Source: an uncultured Acidobacteriota bacterium (lineage in GTDB: Bacteria; Acidobacteriota; Thermoanaerobaculia; Multivoradales; UBA5704). Taken from it: a stretch of 64,000 nt of DNA. The stretch covers positions 2,560,001 through 2,624,000 of the forward strand of contig OY969474.1 in NCBI GenBank assembly GCA_963700145.1, given 5' to 3'. Of the stretch, positions 47,215 to 57,277 are shown one piece after another. How positions within the stretch are numbered: position 1 is the first letter of the stretch; each line of letters begins with the position of its first letter. A program made the position numbers and the translations under genes. The notes below the pieces were generated by a model. It was given only the letters and a program-made list of their open reading frames with translations, did not search any database and had not been told where the DNA came from.

Positions 47215-47553
47215 ATGAAGCCCAGAGCGATCTTCCTGGCCTTCGCCCTCCCGCTGCTGATCGTCCCCCTCGCGAGCGCCGATCAGGCTTCCGGCCCCGC
47301 GGCGAGCGAGATCCGGGCGGCGATTTTCTCCGACCCGGCGTCTCCGGATTGCGAGGACGAGGAGCTTGCCTGGCTCGAGCCCGCCCGCCAGGAGCGCAGC
47401 ATCCTCTGCGGGTCTTGCAGCCAACCGCTCTGCGTGGGCAAGCAGTGGGGGCAGTTCTGCAAGTACCAGGGCGGCAGGTACTACTACTGCCAGCCGGCGT
47501 ACGTCGTCTGCGACCCCGACGACTGCCAGTGCTGGACCGGGCCGCTGCCTTAG
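47215..47553 (+). CDS. Secreted cysteine-rich peptide precursor
   Basis: AAGGAG RBS, signal peptide, acidic linker, 8-Cys C-terminal domain. Confidence 0.8.
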   Translation: MKPRAIFLAFALPLLIVPLASADQASGPAASEIRAAIFSDPASPDCEDEELAWLEPARQERSILCGSCSQPLCVGKQWGQFCKYQGGRYYYCQPAYVVCDPDDCQCWTGPLP

Positions 47554-48314
47554 GCGACCGGCAGCTCGTCGCCGGTGCGGACGTGCCGCACCGGCAGCCC
47601 CGGCGCGGCGGCGCGGGCCTCCTCCAGCGAGACTTCGGGGTCGAGGTCGGGCCAGAGGTGGGTGAGGGCCAGGGCGCGGGCCTCGGCCTGGACGGCGGTC
47701 TCGGCGGCCTGCGCCGCTGAGAGGTGGAGCGGGGCGCCGATCCTGGCGTTCTGGTAGGTCGCTTCGCAGACCAGCAAGTCGCTGCCGCGAGCGAAGCGCG
47801 GGAGTTCGGTGCCGGGACCGGTGTCGGCCGAGTAGGTCAGCACGGTGCCTGCCCCTTCCGCCCGCACCGCCAGGGTGTGGATCGGGTGGCGGGTACGCAT
47901 GAACGTCAAGCGCAGGCCGGCCGCCTCGACGACACTCCCCTCCTCGATCTCCCGGAAGTCGAGCACCCGCGCGAAGGTCGCGGCGTCGTCGGGCGCCAGG
48001 AGGCCGGAGAGGGTCTCCCGGGATCCGGGCGGCGCGTAGACCGGCAGGCGTCGCTCCGTCCCCCACCCCTCGCCCGGCGTGAAGCGGAGCGCGTAGTAGA
48101 GAGGGTAGATATCCAGGCAGTGGTCGGCATGGAGGTGCGAGAGCAGGAGCGCGTCGAGCCGCGTGTACGGCACCCCGGCCCGCTGCAGCGCCGCGAAGGT
48201 GCCGGTGCCGGCGTCGAGCCAGAGGCGCCCCTCGTCGGTCTCCAGCACAAACCCCGTCGAAGGGTTGTCCGGGCGCGGGTAGGCGCCGGAGCTGCCGAGG
48301 ACGCGCAGGCGCAC
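47550..48314 (-). CDS. MBL-fold metallo-hydrolase (RNase Z-like)
   Basis: LGSSG, DAGTG, SHLHADH, YSADT, CEAT, THLWP. Confidence 0.88.
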   Translation of the reverse strand: MRLRVLGSSGAYPRPDNPSTGFVLETDEGRLWLDAGTGTFAALQRAGVPYTRLDALLLSHLHADHCLDIYPLYYALRFTPGEGWGTERRLPVYAPPGSRETLSGLLAPDDAATFARVLDFREIEEGSVVEAAGLRLTFMRTRHPIHTLAVRAEGAGTVLTYSADTGPGTELPRFARGSDLLVCEATYQNARIGAPLHLSAAQAAETAVQAEARALALTHLWPDLDPEVSLEEARAAAPGLPVRHVRTGDELPVA

Positions 48315-48322
48315 GGCGCGCC

Positions 48323-49918
48323 TCAGCCGCCGGCGCGCTGGCCGGCGCGCGCCGCTGCGGCCGCCAGCGCGTCGCGGTAGAAGGCGGCGAGGTCCTGCTT
48401 GAACTTCGCGTGGTCGGCGACGCGGATGTACATCATGTGCCCCGACTCGTAGAAGGCCACCCGCAGGTTGCCGCGCAGCTCCTCGGGGAGCCCCAGGTGC
48501 TCGGCGGTGTAGACCGAGTCGAAGTACGGCGTCGCCAAGTCGTAGTAGCCGGAGGCCATCAGCACCTCGAGGTGCGGGTTCTTGGTCATCGCCTGCCGCA
48601 GCCGCTCGGCGACGTTGACGTAGCGGTTCTGGAAGCCGCGGAAGCTCCACGGGAAGACGCTCGCCAGCCGCTCGTAGACCAGGTCGATCTCGAACTTCAG
48701 CTCGCGGCGCAGGAAGTCGTTGAAGGCGGCCACGTACGGCCCGTCCACCGAGGTCAGGCTGGGGTCGAACTCGAAGTTCTCCCCGGCGGCGTCGAGGTCG
48801 CGGCCGGTGAAGCGGCTGTCGATCCGCCCGACGGTCTTGCCCTCGGTGCGCAGCAGCTCCTTGGTGAAGCGGAAGATGTCGATCCGCAGGTTGGTGCGCT
48901 CGACGTACTCGGGGGTGAGCCCGGTGTAGCGCGCCACCCGCTCGGCGATCTCCCGCCGCCGCGCCGGCGGCAGCCGGTCCCCTTCGAGGAGCGCCGAGGC
49001 ATACTCGCCGCGCGCGAAGCCCTCCACCTCGTCGAGCAGCGCCCGCAGGTCGCCCGAGAGCTCGGGCGCCAGCTTCTTGTGGTACCAGGCGGTGGCGGCG
49101 TAGCTCGGCAGGTGGATGACGTAGCCGATGTCGTTGCCGACGTGCAGCTCCTGGTTCTGGAAGTTGAGCACCGAGGAGATGAGCACGACGCCGTTGAGCT
49201 CCATGCCGAAGCGGTCCTGCAGGTAGTCGGCGAGCCCGGCGGCGCGGGTCGTGCCGTAGCTCTCGCCGGCCACGAACTTGGGCGAGGCCCAGCGTCCGTT
49301 GCGCGTCGTCCACAGGCGGATGAACTCGCCCACCCACTGGATGTCCTCCTCCAGCCCGTGGAACTGCTTGGGGTCCTCGCCCGGCGCCGGCCGGCTGAAG
49401 CCGGTCGAGACCGGATCGATGAAGACCAGGTCGGTCAGGTCGAGGATCGAATGGCGGTTGTCGATCAGCCGGCCGGGCGGGGCGAGCCCCATCCCCTCGG
49501 GGTCGCGCTCCACGACCTTCGGCCCGAAGGCCCCCATGTGCACCCAGAGCGCCGCCGCGCCGGGGCCGCCGTTGAAGCTGTAGGTGACGGGGCGCGCCGC
49601 GGCGTCCTTGCCGTCCTCGCGCACGTAGGCGACGTAGAAGACCGACGCCTTCGCCTTCCCCGTGTCGTCCTTGAGCACCATCGTGCCGGCGGTGGCGGTG
49701 AAGGCGAGGGTGCGGCCGTCGATCGTCACGCTGTGGCGGGTGCGCGAGGTCCGCTCCTCCGGCTCCTTCTTCTCCTTCTCCTTCTCCTTCTCGTTGTCCT
49801 TGTCGGCGGCCGCCGGTTTCTCCGGGGGGTCGTGCGGCGATGCGTAGACGGATGTCGATGGCACGAAAGCGGCAGCCGAAAACGCCACGGCGAACAGGGC
49901 GACGACGGACCTCTTCAT
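48323..49918 (-). CDS. S10 family serine carboxypeptidase
   Basis: FNGGPG, GESYG, DLATP, GHMMY; signal peptide. Confidence 0.9.
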   Translation of the reverse strand: MKRSVVALFAVAFSAAAFVPSTSVYASPHDPPEKPAAADKDNEKEKEKEKKEPEERTSRTRHSVTIDGRTLAFTATAGTMVLKDDTGKAKASVFYVAYVREDGKDAAARPVTYSFNGGPGAAALWVHMGAFGPKVVERDPEGMGLAPPGRLIDNRHSILDLTDLVFIDPVSTGFSRPAPGEDPKQFHGLEEDIQWVGEFIRLWTTRNGRWASPKFVAGESYGTTRAAGLADYLQDRFGMELNGVVLISSVLNFQNQELHVGNDIGYVIHLPSYAATAWYHKKLAPELSGDLRALLDEVEGFARGEYASALLEGDRLPPARRREIAERVARYTGLTPEYVERTNLRIDIFRFTKELLRTEGKTVGRIDSRFTGRDLDAAGENFEFDPSLTSVDGPYVAAFNDFLRRELKFEIDLVYERLASVFPWSFRGFQNRYVNVAERLRQAMTKNPHLEVLMASGYYDLATPYFDSVYTAEHLGLPEELRGNLRVAFYESGHMMYIRVADHAKFKQDLAAFYRDALAAAAARAGQRAGG

Positions 49919-50062
49919 TCGGACCTCCAACGGTGATCGACGGGGCACGAGCATAGCCCAGGCGCGCCCCGCGCCTGAGGGAAATCCCCCCGTCACGCTG
50001 AGGGGAGGGCCTCTCGCCTGCCACTTCCGCCGCCGGTCAGACTGACCCCGGGAGGGATCTCC

Positions 50063-53000
50063 ATGCCGCTCTCGCGTCTCCGCTCCTCGGCCCTCGCGAC
50101 CTGTCTTGCCCTCGCGGCGCTTCTTGCCGGCCCCGCCGCGGCGCAGACACCGCTCCGCTTCCTCAACTTCGGTCCGCCGCAGGACCCGACGCCCGACCTC
50201 GGTAACAGCACCGGCGACTCGGGCGTCGGCTCGGCCGCCGCCGAGCCGTCGATCGGGGTCAACTACGCGACCGGCGCGATGATGTACATCGCCTTCCTCG
50301 ATACCCTGCGGCTCACTCCGAACCACTGCTCCTCGCCGCCCAGCGTCGAGTGGCTCAACAAGAGCTTCACCACGACGGCGGTGCGGACCCTCGATCCGAT
50401 CCTCTTCACCGACCACGACACCGGGCGCACCTTCTCGAGCCAGCTCGCCGGCAAGTGCAGTGCCATGGCCTTCTCCGACGACGACGGCGACACCTGGACT
50501 CCCAGCCAGGGGTGCGGCATGAACGCCGGCGCCGACCACCAGACGATCGGCGGCGGCCCCTTCCCGGCGAGCGACCCGATCAAGGGGACCACGGCCTACG
50601 CGAACGCCGTCTACTACTGCTCGCAGGACGTGGCGCTGGCGCAGTGCGCCCTCTCGCGCGACGGCGGCGTCACCTTCGGCCCCGCGGTGCCGATCTACAC
50701 CCAGGCCGACTGCTCGGAGATCGGCGGCAAGCTCCACGGCCACGTCAAGGTCGCGCCCGACGGCACCGCCTACGTGCCGCAGTCCGGCTGCAGCGGCCAC
50801 CAGATCGTCTCGGTGAGCGAGAGCTCCGGCGCCACCTGGACCGTGCGGCCCATCCCGCAGTCGACCAACGGCCAGGGCTCCGATCCGGCGGTCTACGCCG
50901 ACGCCGCCAACCGCATCTACTTCGGCTACGTCGACGGCGACGGCAAGGTGAAGGTCACGACCTCGACCGACCGCGGCCTCAACTGGACGCCGTCGGTCGA
51001 CGTCGGCGCCGCGGTCGGCGTCGTTGCCGGCGCCTTCCCGCAGGTCGTGGCCGGCGACGCCGGCCGCGCCGCCGTCGCCTTCCTCGGCTCGGACAACCCC
51101 GACCTGACCAGCGCCTACGGCACCGACGTCACGGCGCCGCACACCTGGTACCTCTACATCGCCGTCACCTACGACGCCGGCGCCAACTGGGAGACGGTCG
51201 CGGTGACCCCCGGCGACCCGGTCCAGCGCGGCACCATCTGCATGCAGGGGACGCTCTGCGCCGGCGGCCGCAATCTCCTCGACTTCAACGAGATCGACGT
51301 CACCGAGGACGGCCGCGTCGTGGTCGCCTACGCCGACGGCTGTATCGGCGCCTGCCTCGCCGGGACGCCGAACAGCGGCACCGACGTGGCGCGCATCGCG
51401 CTCCAGACCGGCGGCAAGCGGCTCTACGCCGCCGCCGACGCGGCGCCCACCGACCCGCCGGCGGCGCCGGCGGTCGAGGCGACCTGGTCGCCGCCCAACG
51501 TTACGCTCACCTGGAGCGAGCCGGAGTCGCCGGCCGCGATCACCGGCTACCGCATCTACCGCCAGCGGACGGGCGAGCCGGGCTTCACCGTGCTGGCGAC
51601 CGTCGACAACGCGACCTTCTCCTACCTCGACACGCCCGGCGGTGCCAACCCGAGCCAGACCCTCTACCGCGTCGCGGCGCTCAATGCCAACGGCGAGGGC
51701 CCGCACTGCGGCGAGCCGGAGCTGCTGCCGGCGCTGGCCGTGGACCCGTGCACGCCGCCCGGCGTGACCGTCGCGGTGGACAGCTTCGATCCCCTCCCCG
51801 TCCTCGACGGCAACTTCGACGCCCAGTCGGTGTCGCTCGCCGAGCCGTTCGTGGGCGTGGGCGTCGACCGGCTCGACTTCACCATCGAGCTGGCCGACCT
51901 CACGGACCCGGTGCCGGCCGGCGCCTGGTTCGTGCTCTGGAACCGTCCGGTCCCCGACGCCGGGGCGGACCGCAATTACGTCGCGATCAAGAGCACCGGC
52001 CTGCCCGGCGGGCTCACCTTCGAGCACGGCACCGTCTCGCCGCCCAACGCCAACGTCGCGAGCAAGCTGGGGGACCTGACCGGCGGCGGCGACTTCACCG
52101 CCGACACCTTCACCGTCAGCGCCGACCCGGCGCTCTTCGACGGCATCGGCGCCGGCGACGACATGCCCGGCGTCGAGCTGCGGACCTTCACCGGCACCAG
52201 CCCGGCGACGGTGGCGCAGTCGGCCTCGACCGACTTCAGCGGCGCCGGCAACTACGCCGTGGTCGGCAACGCCTTCTGCGCCCCCAACGACTTCCCCGTA
52301 GCGCTGGACGACGCCGCCTTCACCGACCCGGGCCAGGCGAAGGTCATCGACGTCCTCGCCAACGACACCGACCCGAACGGCGACGAGCTGCGCGTCGCGG
52401 TCGTCTTCCAGCCGCCGCACGGCACGACCGCGAAGACCCCCGAGGGGGAGATCCTCTACACGCCGGACAACGGCTTCTCCGGCGTCGACGCCTTCCAGTA
52501 CAAGGTCGCCGACGGGCGCGGCGGCGAGGCGATCGGCGACGTCGCGGTGACCGTCCAGGTCCTGCCCAACTTCGCGCCGCACGCGGTGGACGACGAGGCG
52601 ACCGTGCCGGCCGGCCACAGTGTGGCGATCGAGGTCGTGGCCAACGACACCGACCTCGACGACGACGAGCTGACGATCGCCAGCGTCACGCTGCCCGGCG
52701 CCTGCGGCACGCCGCTCCTCGACGCCGGCGCCAACCGGATCAACTTCTTCGCCGACGCCGGCTTCCTGGGCGGCTGCTGCTTCAACTACGTGGTCCAGGA
52801 CGGCAGCGGCGGCGCCGACACCGGCGAGGTCTGCGTCAACGTCACCTGTGCGCCGGTGGCGACCGGCGACCTGCTCTACGACTTCCAGGTCGACGCCCAG
52901 GGGTTCACCGCCGAGCACGTCGAGCCCGGCCCGGCCGGCTCGCTCGACTGGGCGCTCACCAGCGGCCCGCCCGGCGCCACCAACGTCGATCCCCTCAACG

Positions 53001-53830
53001 TCGCCTGGTTCACCAACGACCCGGCGATCACCGACCTGACGTCGAAGGACGACCGGCTGATCTCGCCGCTCGTCGACCTCTCCGCGACCAGCCGGCTGGA
53101 GTTCCGGCACCGCTTCGCGACCGAGGACACCTTCGACGGCGGCTTCCTGCAGGTGAGTCTCGACGGCGGCGGGAGCTGGCAGACGGTGCCGGGGACGGCG
53201 TTTGTGGCCGGCGGCTACAACAGCACGGCGACCGGCCTGCCCGAGGCCTGGTCCGGCAACTCCCCCGCTCTCCCCGACGTCGACGACGTCGAGGTGGACC
53301 TCTCGGCCTACGCCGGCTTCGACCGCCGCTTCCGCTGGCGCTTCCTGGCCGACACCAACGCCGGCGTCGAGGGATGGTGGGTGGACGACGTGCACTTCAC
53401 CAACACCCTCGTGCCCGGCACCTGCGACCCGATCGCGCCCTGCCAGCCGGGCGGCGGGCTCTGCTACCACACGCTGACGCCCTGCCGGATCTACGACTCG
53501 CGGCAGGACGCCGTGAACGGGGCGCTCTACTCCGCGGCCGAGCGCCCGATCGCGGTGGTCGGCGCCGCCGCCTGCGGCGTGCCGGCGGCCGCGCGCGCAG
53601 TGGCGCTGAACCTGACCGCGGTCCAGCCCACCGCCGGCGGCTACCTGACCGTCTACTCCGAAGCGGGCGAGATCCCGGGGACGAGCACGCTCAACTTCAA
53701 CGGCGGCCAGACCCGGGCCAACAACGCCGTCGTGCACCTGGATGACCTCGGCCGGCTCTTCGCCCGGCCGATCCTCAACGACGCCGGCAGGGTGCACCTG
53801 GTCGTGGACGTCTTCGGCTGGTTCGAATGA
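50063..53830 (+). CDS. Large secreted protein: Asp-box propeller, FN3, two Ig-like repeats, C-terminal domains
   Basis: SxDxGxTW repeats, PVALDD...DVLANDTD repeats, terminal TLTPCRIYDSR...VDVFGWF domain. Confidence 0.85.
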   Translation: MPLSRLRSSALATCLALAALLAGPAAAQTPLRFLNFGPPQDPTPDLGNSTGDSGVGSAAAEPSIGVNYATGAMMYIAFLDTLRLTPNHCSSPPSVEWLNKSFTTTAVRTLDPILFTDHDTGRTFSSQLAGKCSAMAFSDDDGDTWTPSQGCGMNAGADHQTIGGGPFPASDPIKGTTAYANAVYYCSQDVALAQCALSRDGGVTFGPAVPIYTQADCSEIGGKLHGHVKVAPDGTAYVPQSGCSGHQIVSVSESSGATWTVRPIPQSTNGQGSDPAVYADAANRIYFGYVDGDGKVKVTTSTDRGLNWTPSVDVGAAVGVVAGAFPQVVAGDAGRAAVAFLGSDNPDLTSAYGTDVTAPHTWYLYIAVTYDAGANWETVAVTPGDPVQRGTICMQGTLCAGGRNLLDFNEIDVTEDGRVVVAYADGCIGACLAGTPNSGTDVARIALQTGGKRLYAAADAAPTDPPAAPAVEATWSPPNVTLTWSEPESPAAITGYRIYRQRTGEPGFTVLATVDNATFSYLDTPGGANPSQTLYRVAALNANGEGPHCGEPELLPALAVDPCTPPGVTVAVDSFDPLPVLDGNFDAQSVSLAEPFVGVGVDRLDFTIELADLTDPVPAGAWFVLWNRPVPDAGADRNYVAIKSTGLPGGLTFEHGTVSPPNANVASKLGDLTGGGDFTADTFTVSADPALFDGIGAGDDMPGVELRTFTGTSPATVAQSASTDFSGAGNYAVVGNAFCAPNDFPVALDDAAFTDPGQAKVIDVLANDTDPNGDELRVAVVFQPPHGTTAKTPEGEILYTPDNGFSGVDAFQYKVADGRGGEAIGDVAVTVQVLPNFAPHAVDDEATVPAGHSVAIEVVANDTDLDDDELTIASVTLPGACGTPLLDAGANRINFFADAGFLGGCCFNYVVQDGSGGADTGEVCVNVTCAPVATGDLLYDFQVDAQGFTAEHVEPGPAGSLDWALTSGPPGATNVDPLNVAWFTNDPAITDLTSKDDRLISPLVDLSATSRLEFRHRFATEDTFDGGFLQVSLDGGGSWQTVPGTAFVAGGYNSTATGLPEAWSGNSPALPDVDDVEVDLSAYAGFDRRFRWRFLADTNAGVEGWWVDDVHFTNTLVPGTCDPIAPCQPGGGLCYHTLTPCRIYDSRQDAVNGALYSAAERPIAVVGAAACGVPAAARAVALNLTAVQPTAGGYLTVYSEAGEIPGTSTLNFNGGQTRANNAVVHLDDLGRLFARPILNDAGRVHLVVDVFGWFE

Positions 53831-53852
53831 GGAGAGAGGCGAGCCCGGCCTG

Positions 53853-54677
53853 CTAGGTCTGGCAGGCCGGGCAGTAGAACGTGCTGCGCCCGGCCTGCAC
53901 TCGCCGGCGCACCGGTCGGCCGCAGCGCGGGCACTCCTCTCCTTCGCGGCCGTAGACGCCGAGGGAGACCTGGAACTCGCCGGCGTTGCCCTCGCCGTCG
54001 GCGAAGTCGTTGAGCGTCGTGCCGCCTTCGGCGATCGCCTGGGCGAGGACGGCGACGAGCGACTCCGCCAGCCGCTGCCAGCGCGCCGGCGAGAGGCGGG
54101 CGACCGACCGCTCCGGGTGGACGCCGGCGCGGAAGAGCGCCTCGCTGGCGTAGATGTTCCCCGCCCCGACGACGACGCGCGCGTCCATCAGGAAGGACTT
54201 GACCGGCCCGCGCCGTCCCGCCGCGGCACGCCGCAACGCCTCGCCGGAAAAACCTTCCGCCAGCGGCTCGACGCCCAGGTGGGCGAAGTGCGGGTCGCGG
54301 TCGAGCGCCGCGGTCGGCAGCGCCAGGACGAGCCCGAAGCGGCGCGGGTCGCGGAAGCGGAGGCGCCGGCCGGAAGCGAGCGGGAAGACGACGTGCTCGT
54401 GCGGCTCGGGCGGCGCCGCGCCGGGAGCGAGGGTCAGCCGCCCGCTCATGCCGAGGTGGACGACGAGCGTTCGCGCCGCTTCGAGGTCGACGAGCAGGTA
54501 CTTGCCGCGGCGGCGCAGGGCGACGACGCGCCGGCCGGTCGCGGCGCGCCGCAGCGCGCGGGTGTCCACCGGCTCGCGCAGCCCGCGGTGGCGCACCACG
54601 ACGCCCTCCACCCGGTCGCCGACCAGGTGCGGCTCGAGGCTGCGGCGGAGGACCTCGACCTCCGGCAGCTCAGGCAC
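53853..54677 (-). CDS. mutM: Formamidopyrimidine-DNA glycosylase
   Basis: PELPEVE, RRGKY, HLGMSG, DPRRFG, GNIYASE, C4 finger. Confidence 0.96.
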   Translation of the reverse strand: MPELPEVEVLRRSLEPHLVGDRVEGVVVRHRGLREPVDTRALRRAATGRRVVALRRRGKYLLVDLEAARTLVVHLGMSGRLTLAPGAAPPEPHEHVVFPLASGRRLRFRDPRRFGLVLALPTAALDRDPHFAHLGVEPLAEGFSGEALRRAAAGRRGPVKSFLMDARVVVGAGNIYASEALFRAGVHPERSVARLSPARWQRLAESLVAVLAQAIAEGGTTLNDFADGEGNAGEFQVSLGVYGREGEECPRCGRPVRRRVQAGRSTFYCPACQT

Positions 54678-56136
54678 GCCGCTCCCGGCGGTGCTCGCCC
54701 GCCACATGGGCCACGAGCCGCGCCAGCGCCACGTCGGCTTCGCCGCTCTCGCCCTTCATCTGCAGCTCGGTCTCCAGCACTTCGGCGGGGAGGCGGGCGA
54801 GGAGCGGCGCCGGGAGGCGCGAGGCGGCGAGGTAGGCGCGATGGAGGGGGTAAGGCTTGAGACTGGCAATCGGATTCCTGCCGCTGGGCAGGTCGCGCTG
54901 GAGAGCCGGTGCGATCTGCCGTTCGAAGCGACCGCGGTCCCGCTCCCCGCTCGGAACCTGAGCAAGGTGCATCATGCCGCGCACCGCCACGAGCCGTCGA
55001 CAGTAACCGGCGAGTAGGGTGAAGAAGGAAAGGCGTGCGGCGACGGGATCCTCGGCGGTCGCGAGGAGGCGGCGTAGACGCTCTAACGCTTCGCCGGCGC
55101 GGCCGTCACCCATCGCGTCGAGGATCTGCCAGACGTCCTCTTCCCCACGGTCATCCACTGCCGAAGCGACTAACGCGCGGTCGATCCGCGCGGCGCCGCG
55201 GCCATGGGCGAGCTGCGCCAGCTTGCGGTACTCGCCGGCGAAACGCGCCGTGGAAGCGGCCTCTGCGCCCTTATCCTCGCGGTCCCAACCGCTCCCGCGG
55301 TGAAGGGTGCGGCGCGCCAGCTCGGCAAGAGCTTCCCGCTCGATCCCTACCCCGGTCTGTTGCTCCATCTCAGCGGCCACCAGGTCCAGGCCATCCCACG
55401 TGCCACGGCGATATCCGGCCTCGACCTCCCCCACCCGCGCCAGCGCGCCGCGCTCGGCGAGGAGGCGGACGATCGGGTGGCTCGCCGCCACCATCCGCTC
55501 GGCGAGGACCAGCGTGTGCCCGGGCGGCAGCCCACCCTGGACGACGGCGACCAGCTCCGCGAGCGCCGACTCCCCCCACCCCTGCAGCCCTTCGCGCCGC
55601 GCCGCCGCGAGCAGCGCGGCGAGCTGGCCGCGCAGCTCCTCGCCCGGCTTGCGCGCGCGCTTCTTCCCCTCGCCGCCCGCCGCCGCCACCGCCGCGAGGA
55701 GGCGCTCGATCGCCTCCTCCGCCGACCCGCGCTCGGGGTCGATCGAGAAGAGACGCAGCGCCTGGAGGAGGCGCGAGGCGGCCTGCCGCTCGCGCGCGGC
55801 GAGCGGCCGCGCCGGATCGACCGGCAGCCCCTCCTGCGCGTCGGAAAGGAGCTCGGCGGCGGCGTTCTGGTCGGCGAGCGCGGCGCTGTCGGTGACGAGC
55901 AGCACCTTGCCGCTAGCGAAGAGGGAGTAGGTGCGGAGGTCGGCGAGGAGCGGCAGGAGGTCCGCGGGGCGGCGGTGCGACTCGACCGAGCAGCCGGCGC
56001 GCTCGGCGAGCGCGACGGCCAGGCGCGCCGCCGCCGGCTCGGCGAGGACGAGGTCGCCCTGCACCAGCCAGACCGGCTGGCCCGCTCCTTCCGGGGAGCG
56101 GGCCAGATCGAAGAGCTTGTCGATCGCCGGGGGCAT
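54670..56136 (-). CDS. holA: DNA polymerase III delta subunit-like protein
   Basis: VWLVQGD, TYSLFASGKVLLV and VWQILDAM pattern; divergent and long. Confidence 0.55.
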   Translation of the reverse strand: MPPAIDKLFDLARSPEGAGQPVWLVQGDLVLAEPAAARLAVALAERAGCSVESHRRPADLLPLLADLRTYSLFASGKVLLVTDSAALADQNAAAELLSDAQEGLPVDPARPLAARERQAASRLLQALRLFSIDPERGSAEEAIERLLAAVAAAGGEGKKRARKPGEELRGQLAALLAAARREGLQGWGESALAELVAVVQGGLPPGHTLVLAERMVAASHPIVRLLAERGALARVGEVEAGYRRGTWDGLDLVAAEMEQQTGVGIEREALAELARRTLHRGSGWDREDKGAEAASTARFAGEYRKLAQLAHGRGAARIDRALVASAVDDRGEEDVWQILDAMGDGRAGEALERLRRLLATAEDPVAARLSFFTLLAGYCRRLVAVRGMMHLAQVPSGERDRGRFERQIAPALQRDLPSGRNPIASLKPYPLHRAYLAASRLPAPLLARLPAEVLETELQMKGESGEADVALARLVAHVAGEHRRERRA

Positions 56137-56153
56137 CGCTCGCCCGGCCGGCG

Positions 56154-57254
56154 CTACTCGTTCTCGGCGAGCAGGCCCTTCTCGGAGAGCTCCTGGCAGT
56201 CGATGCAGTAGCGGGCCCAGGGCACCGCCTCCAGCCGCTGCAAGGAGATGGGCCGGCCGCAGTTGCTGCAGCGGCCGTAGACGCCGTCGTCCATGCGGCG
56301 CAGCGCGTCCTCCACCTGGAAGAGCATCTGCCGCTCGCTGTCGGAGATCGAGAACATCAGCTCCCGGTTGTAGGAGTTGTTGGCGCGATCGACGATGTCT
56401 TCGGTGCCGTCGTCGGCCGACTCCTGGCCGGCGCGGAGGTCCTGCTTGTAGAGGTCGAGGATCTCCTGGCGCTGCTGCTCCAGGCGGCTGCGGAGGCGCG
56501 CGAGGGCGTCGTCGGGGATGGGCTGCTCGGGGGCGGCCGCGCTGCGGGGCTTCGACATCGTGCTCCTGATCTCCCTCTCCGGCTGGACCTGCGGTTGACG
56601 GATGACGGACGGCGTCGGCTTGGGGAGGTGGGTCGGCCGCACCACCGCGACCGGGGCCTTCGGCGCGGCGGGCTTCGCCGGCTTGGGGGCGGCCGGGGCC
56701 GACTTCGGCGCCACCGCGGCGACGAGCGGCTTGGCGATGGCCTTGGCGAGCTGGATGAGCTTGCTCGGCTTGGAAGGCTTGGGCGGCGTGGCCGGCTTCG
56801 CGGGCTTCGCCGCCTTCGCGGGCGTGGCCGGCTTGGACGGCTTCGCCGCCTTGGCGGCAGGCGCCGGCTTCTTCGGCTTCGCCGCCGCCTTCGCGGGACG
56901 GGCCGGCTTCTTCGCCTTCGCCGCCGCCTTGGCCGGACGGGCAGGCTTCTTCGGCTTGGCCGCCGCCTTGGCGGGCTTGCTCGGCTTGGACGGCTTCGCC
57001 GGCTTGGCGCGCTTCGCTACCGGCTTGGCGGGCTTCGCGGGCTTCGCGGGCTTCGCCGCCTTCGCGGGCTTCTTCGGCTTGCTCGGCTTGGCCGGCTTGG
57101 CCGGCTTGGCCGCCTTGCTCGGCTTCGCGGGCTTCTTCGCCACCGCCTTCTTCACGGGCTTCACCGGCGGCTTGCTCGGCTTCGCCGGCTTCTTCTTCGC
57201 AGTCTTTTTCGCCGCCGGCTTGCTCGGCTTCGTCTTGGCTTTGGTTTTCGCCAC
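56154..57254 (-). CDS. DksA/TraR C4 zinc-finger protein with Lys/Ala/Pro-rich N-terminus
   Basis: AGGAGG before GTG 57254; DIVDRA, CSNC...CIDC. Confidence 0.85.
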   Translation of the reverse strand: MAKTKAKTKPSKPAAKKTAKKKPAKPSKPPVKPVKKAVAKKPAKPSKAAKPAKPAKPSKPKKPAKAAKPAKPAKPAKPVAKRAKPAKPSKPSKPAKAAAKPKKPARPAKAAAKAKKPARPAKAAAKPKKPAPAAKAAKPSKPATPAKAAKPAKPATPPKPSKPSKLIQLAKAIAKPLVAAVAPKSAPAAPKPAKPAAPKAPVAVVRPTHLPKPTPSVIRQPQVQPEREIRSTMSKPRSAAAPEQPIPDDALARLRSRLEQQRQEILDLYKQDLRAGQESADDGTEDIVDRANNSYNRELMFSISDSERQMLFQVEDALRRMDDGVYGRCSNCGRPISLQRLEAVPWARYCIDCQELSEKGLLAENE

Positions 57255-57277
57255 GCTGGCCCTCCTATGAAGCCCCC

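Noticed and set aside
48323-53797. 1824-aa minus-strand ORF
   Set aside because: The real S10 gene starts at 49918; the rest is the antisense shadow of the + strand gene.
56602-57270. Plus-strand Gly/Ala/Phe-rich membrane ORF
   Set aside because: Antisense reading of the Lys/Ala/Pro repeats of the DksA-like gene.
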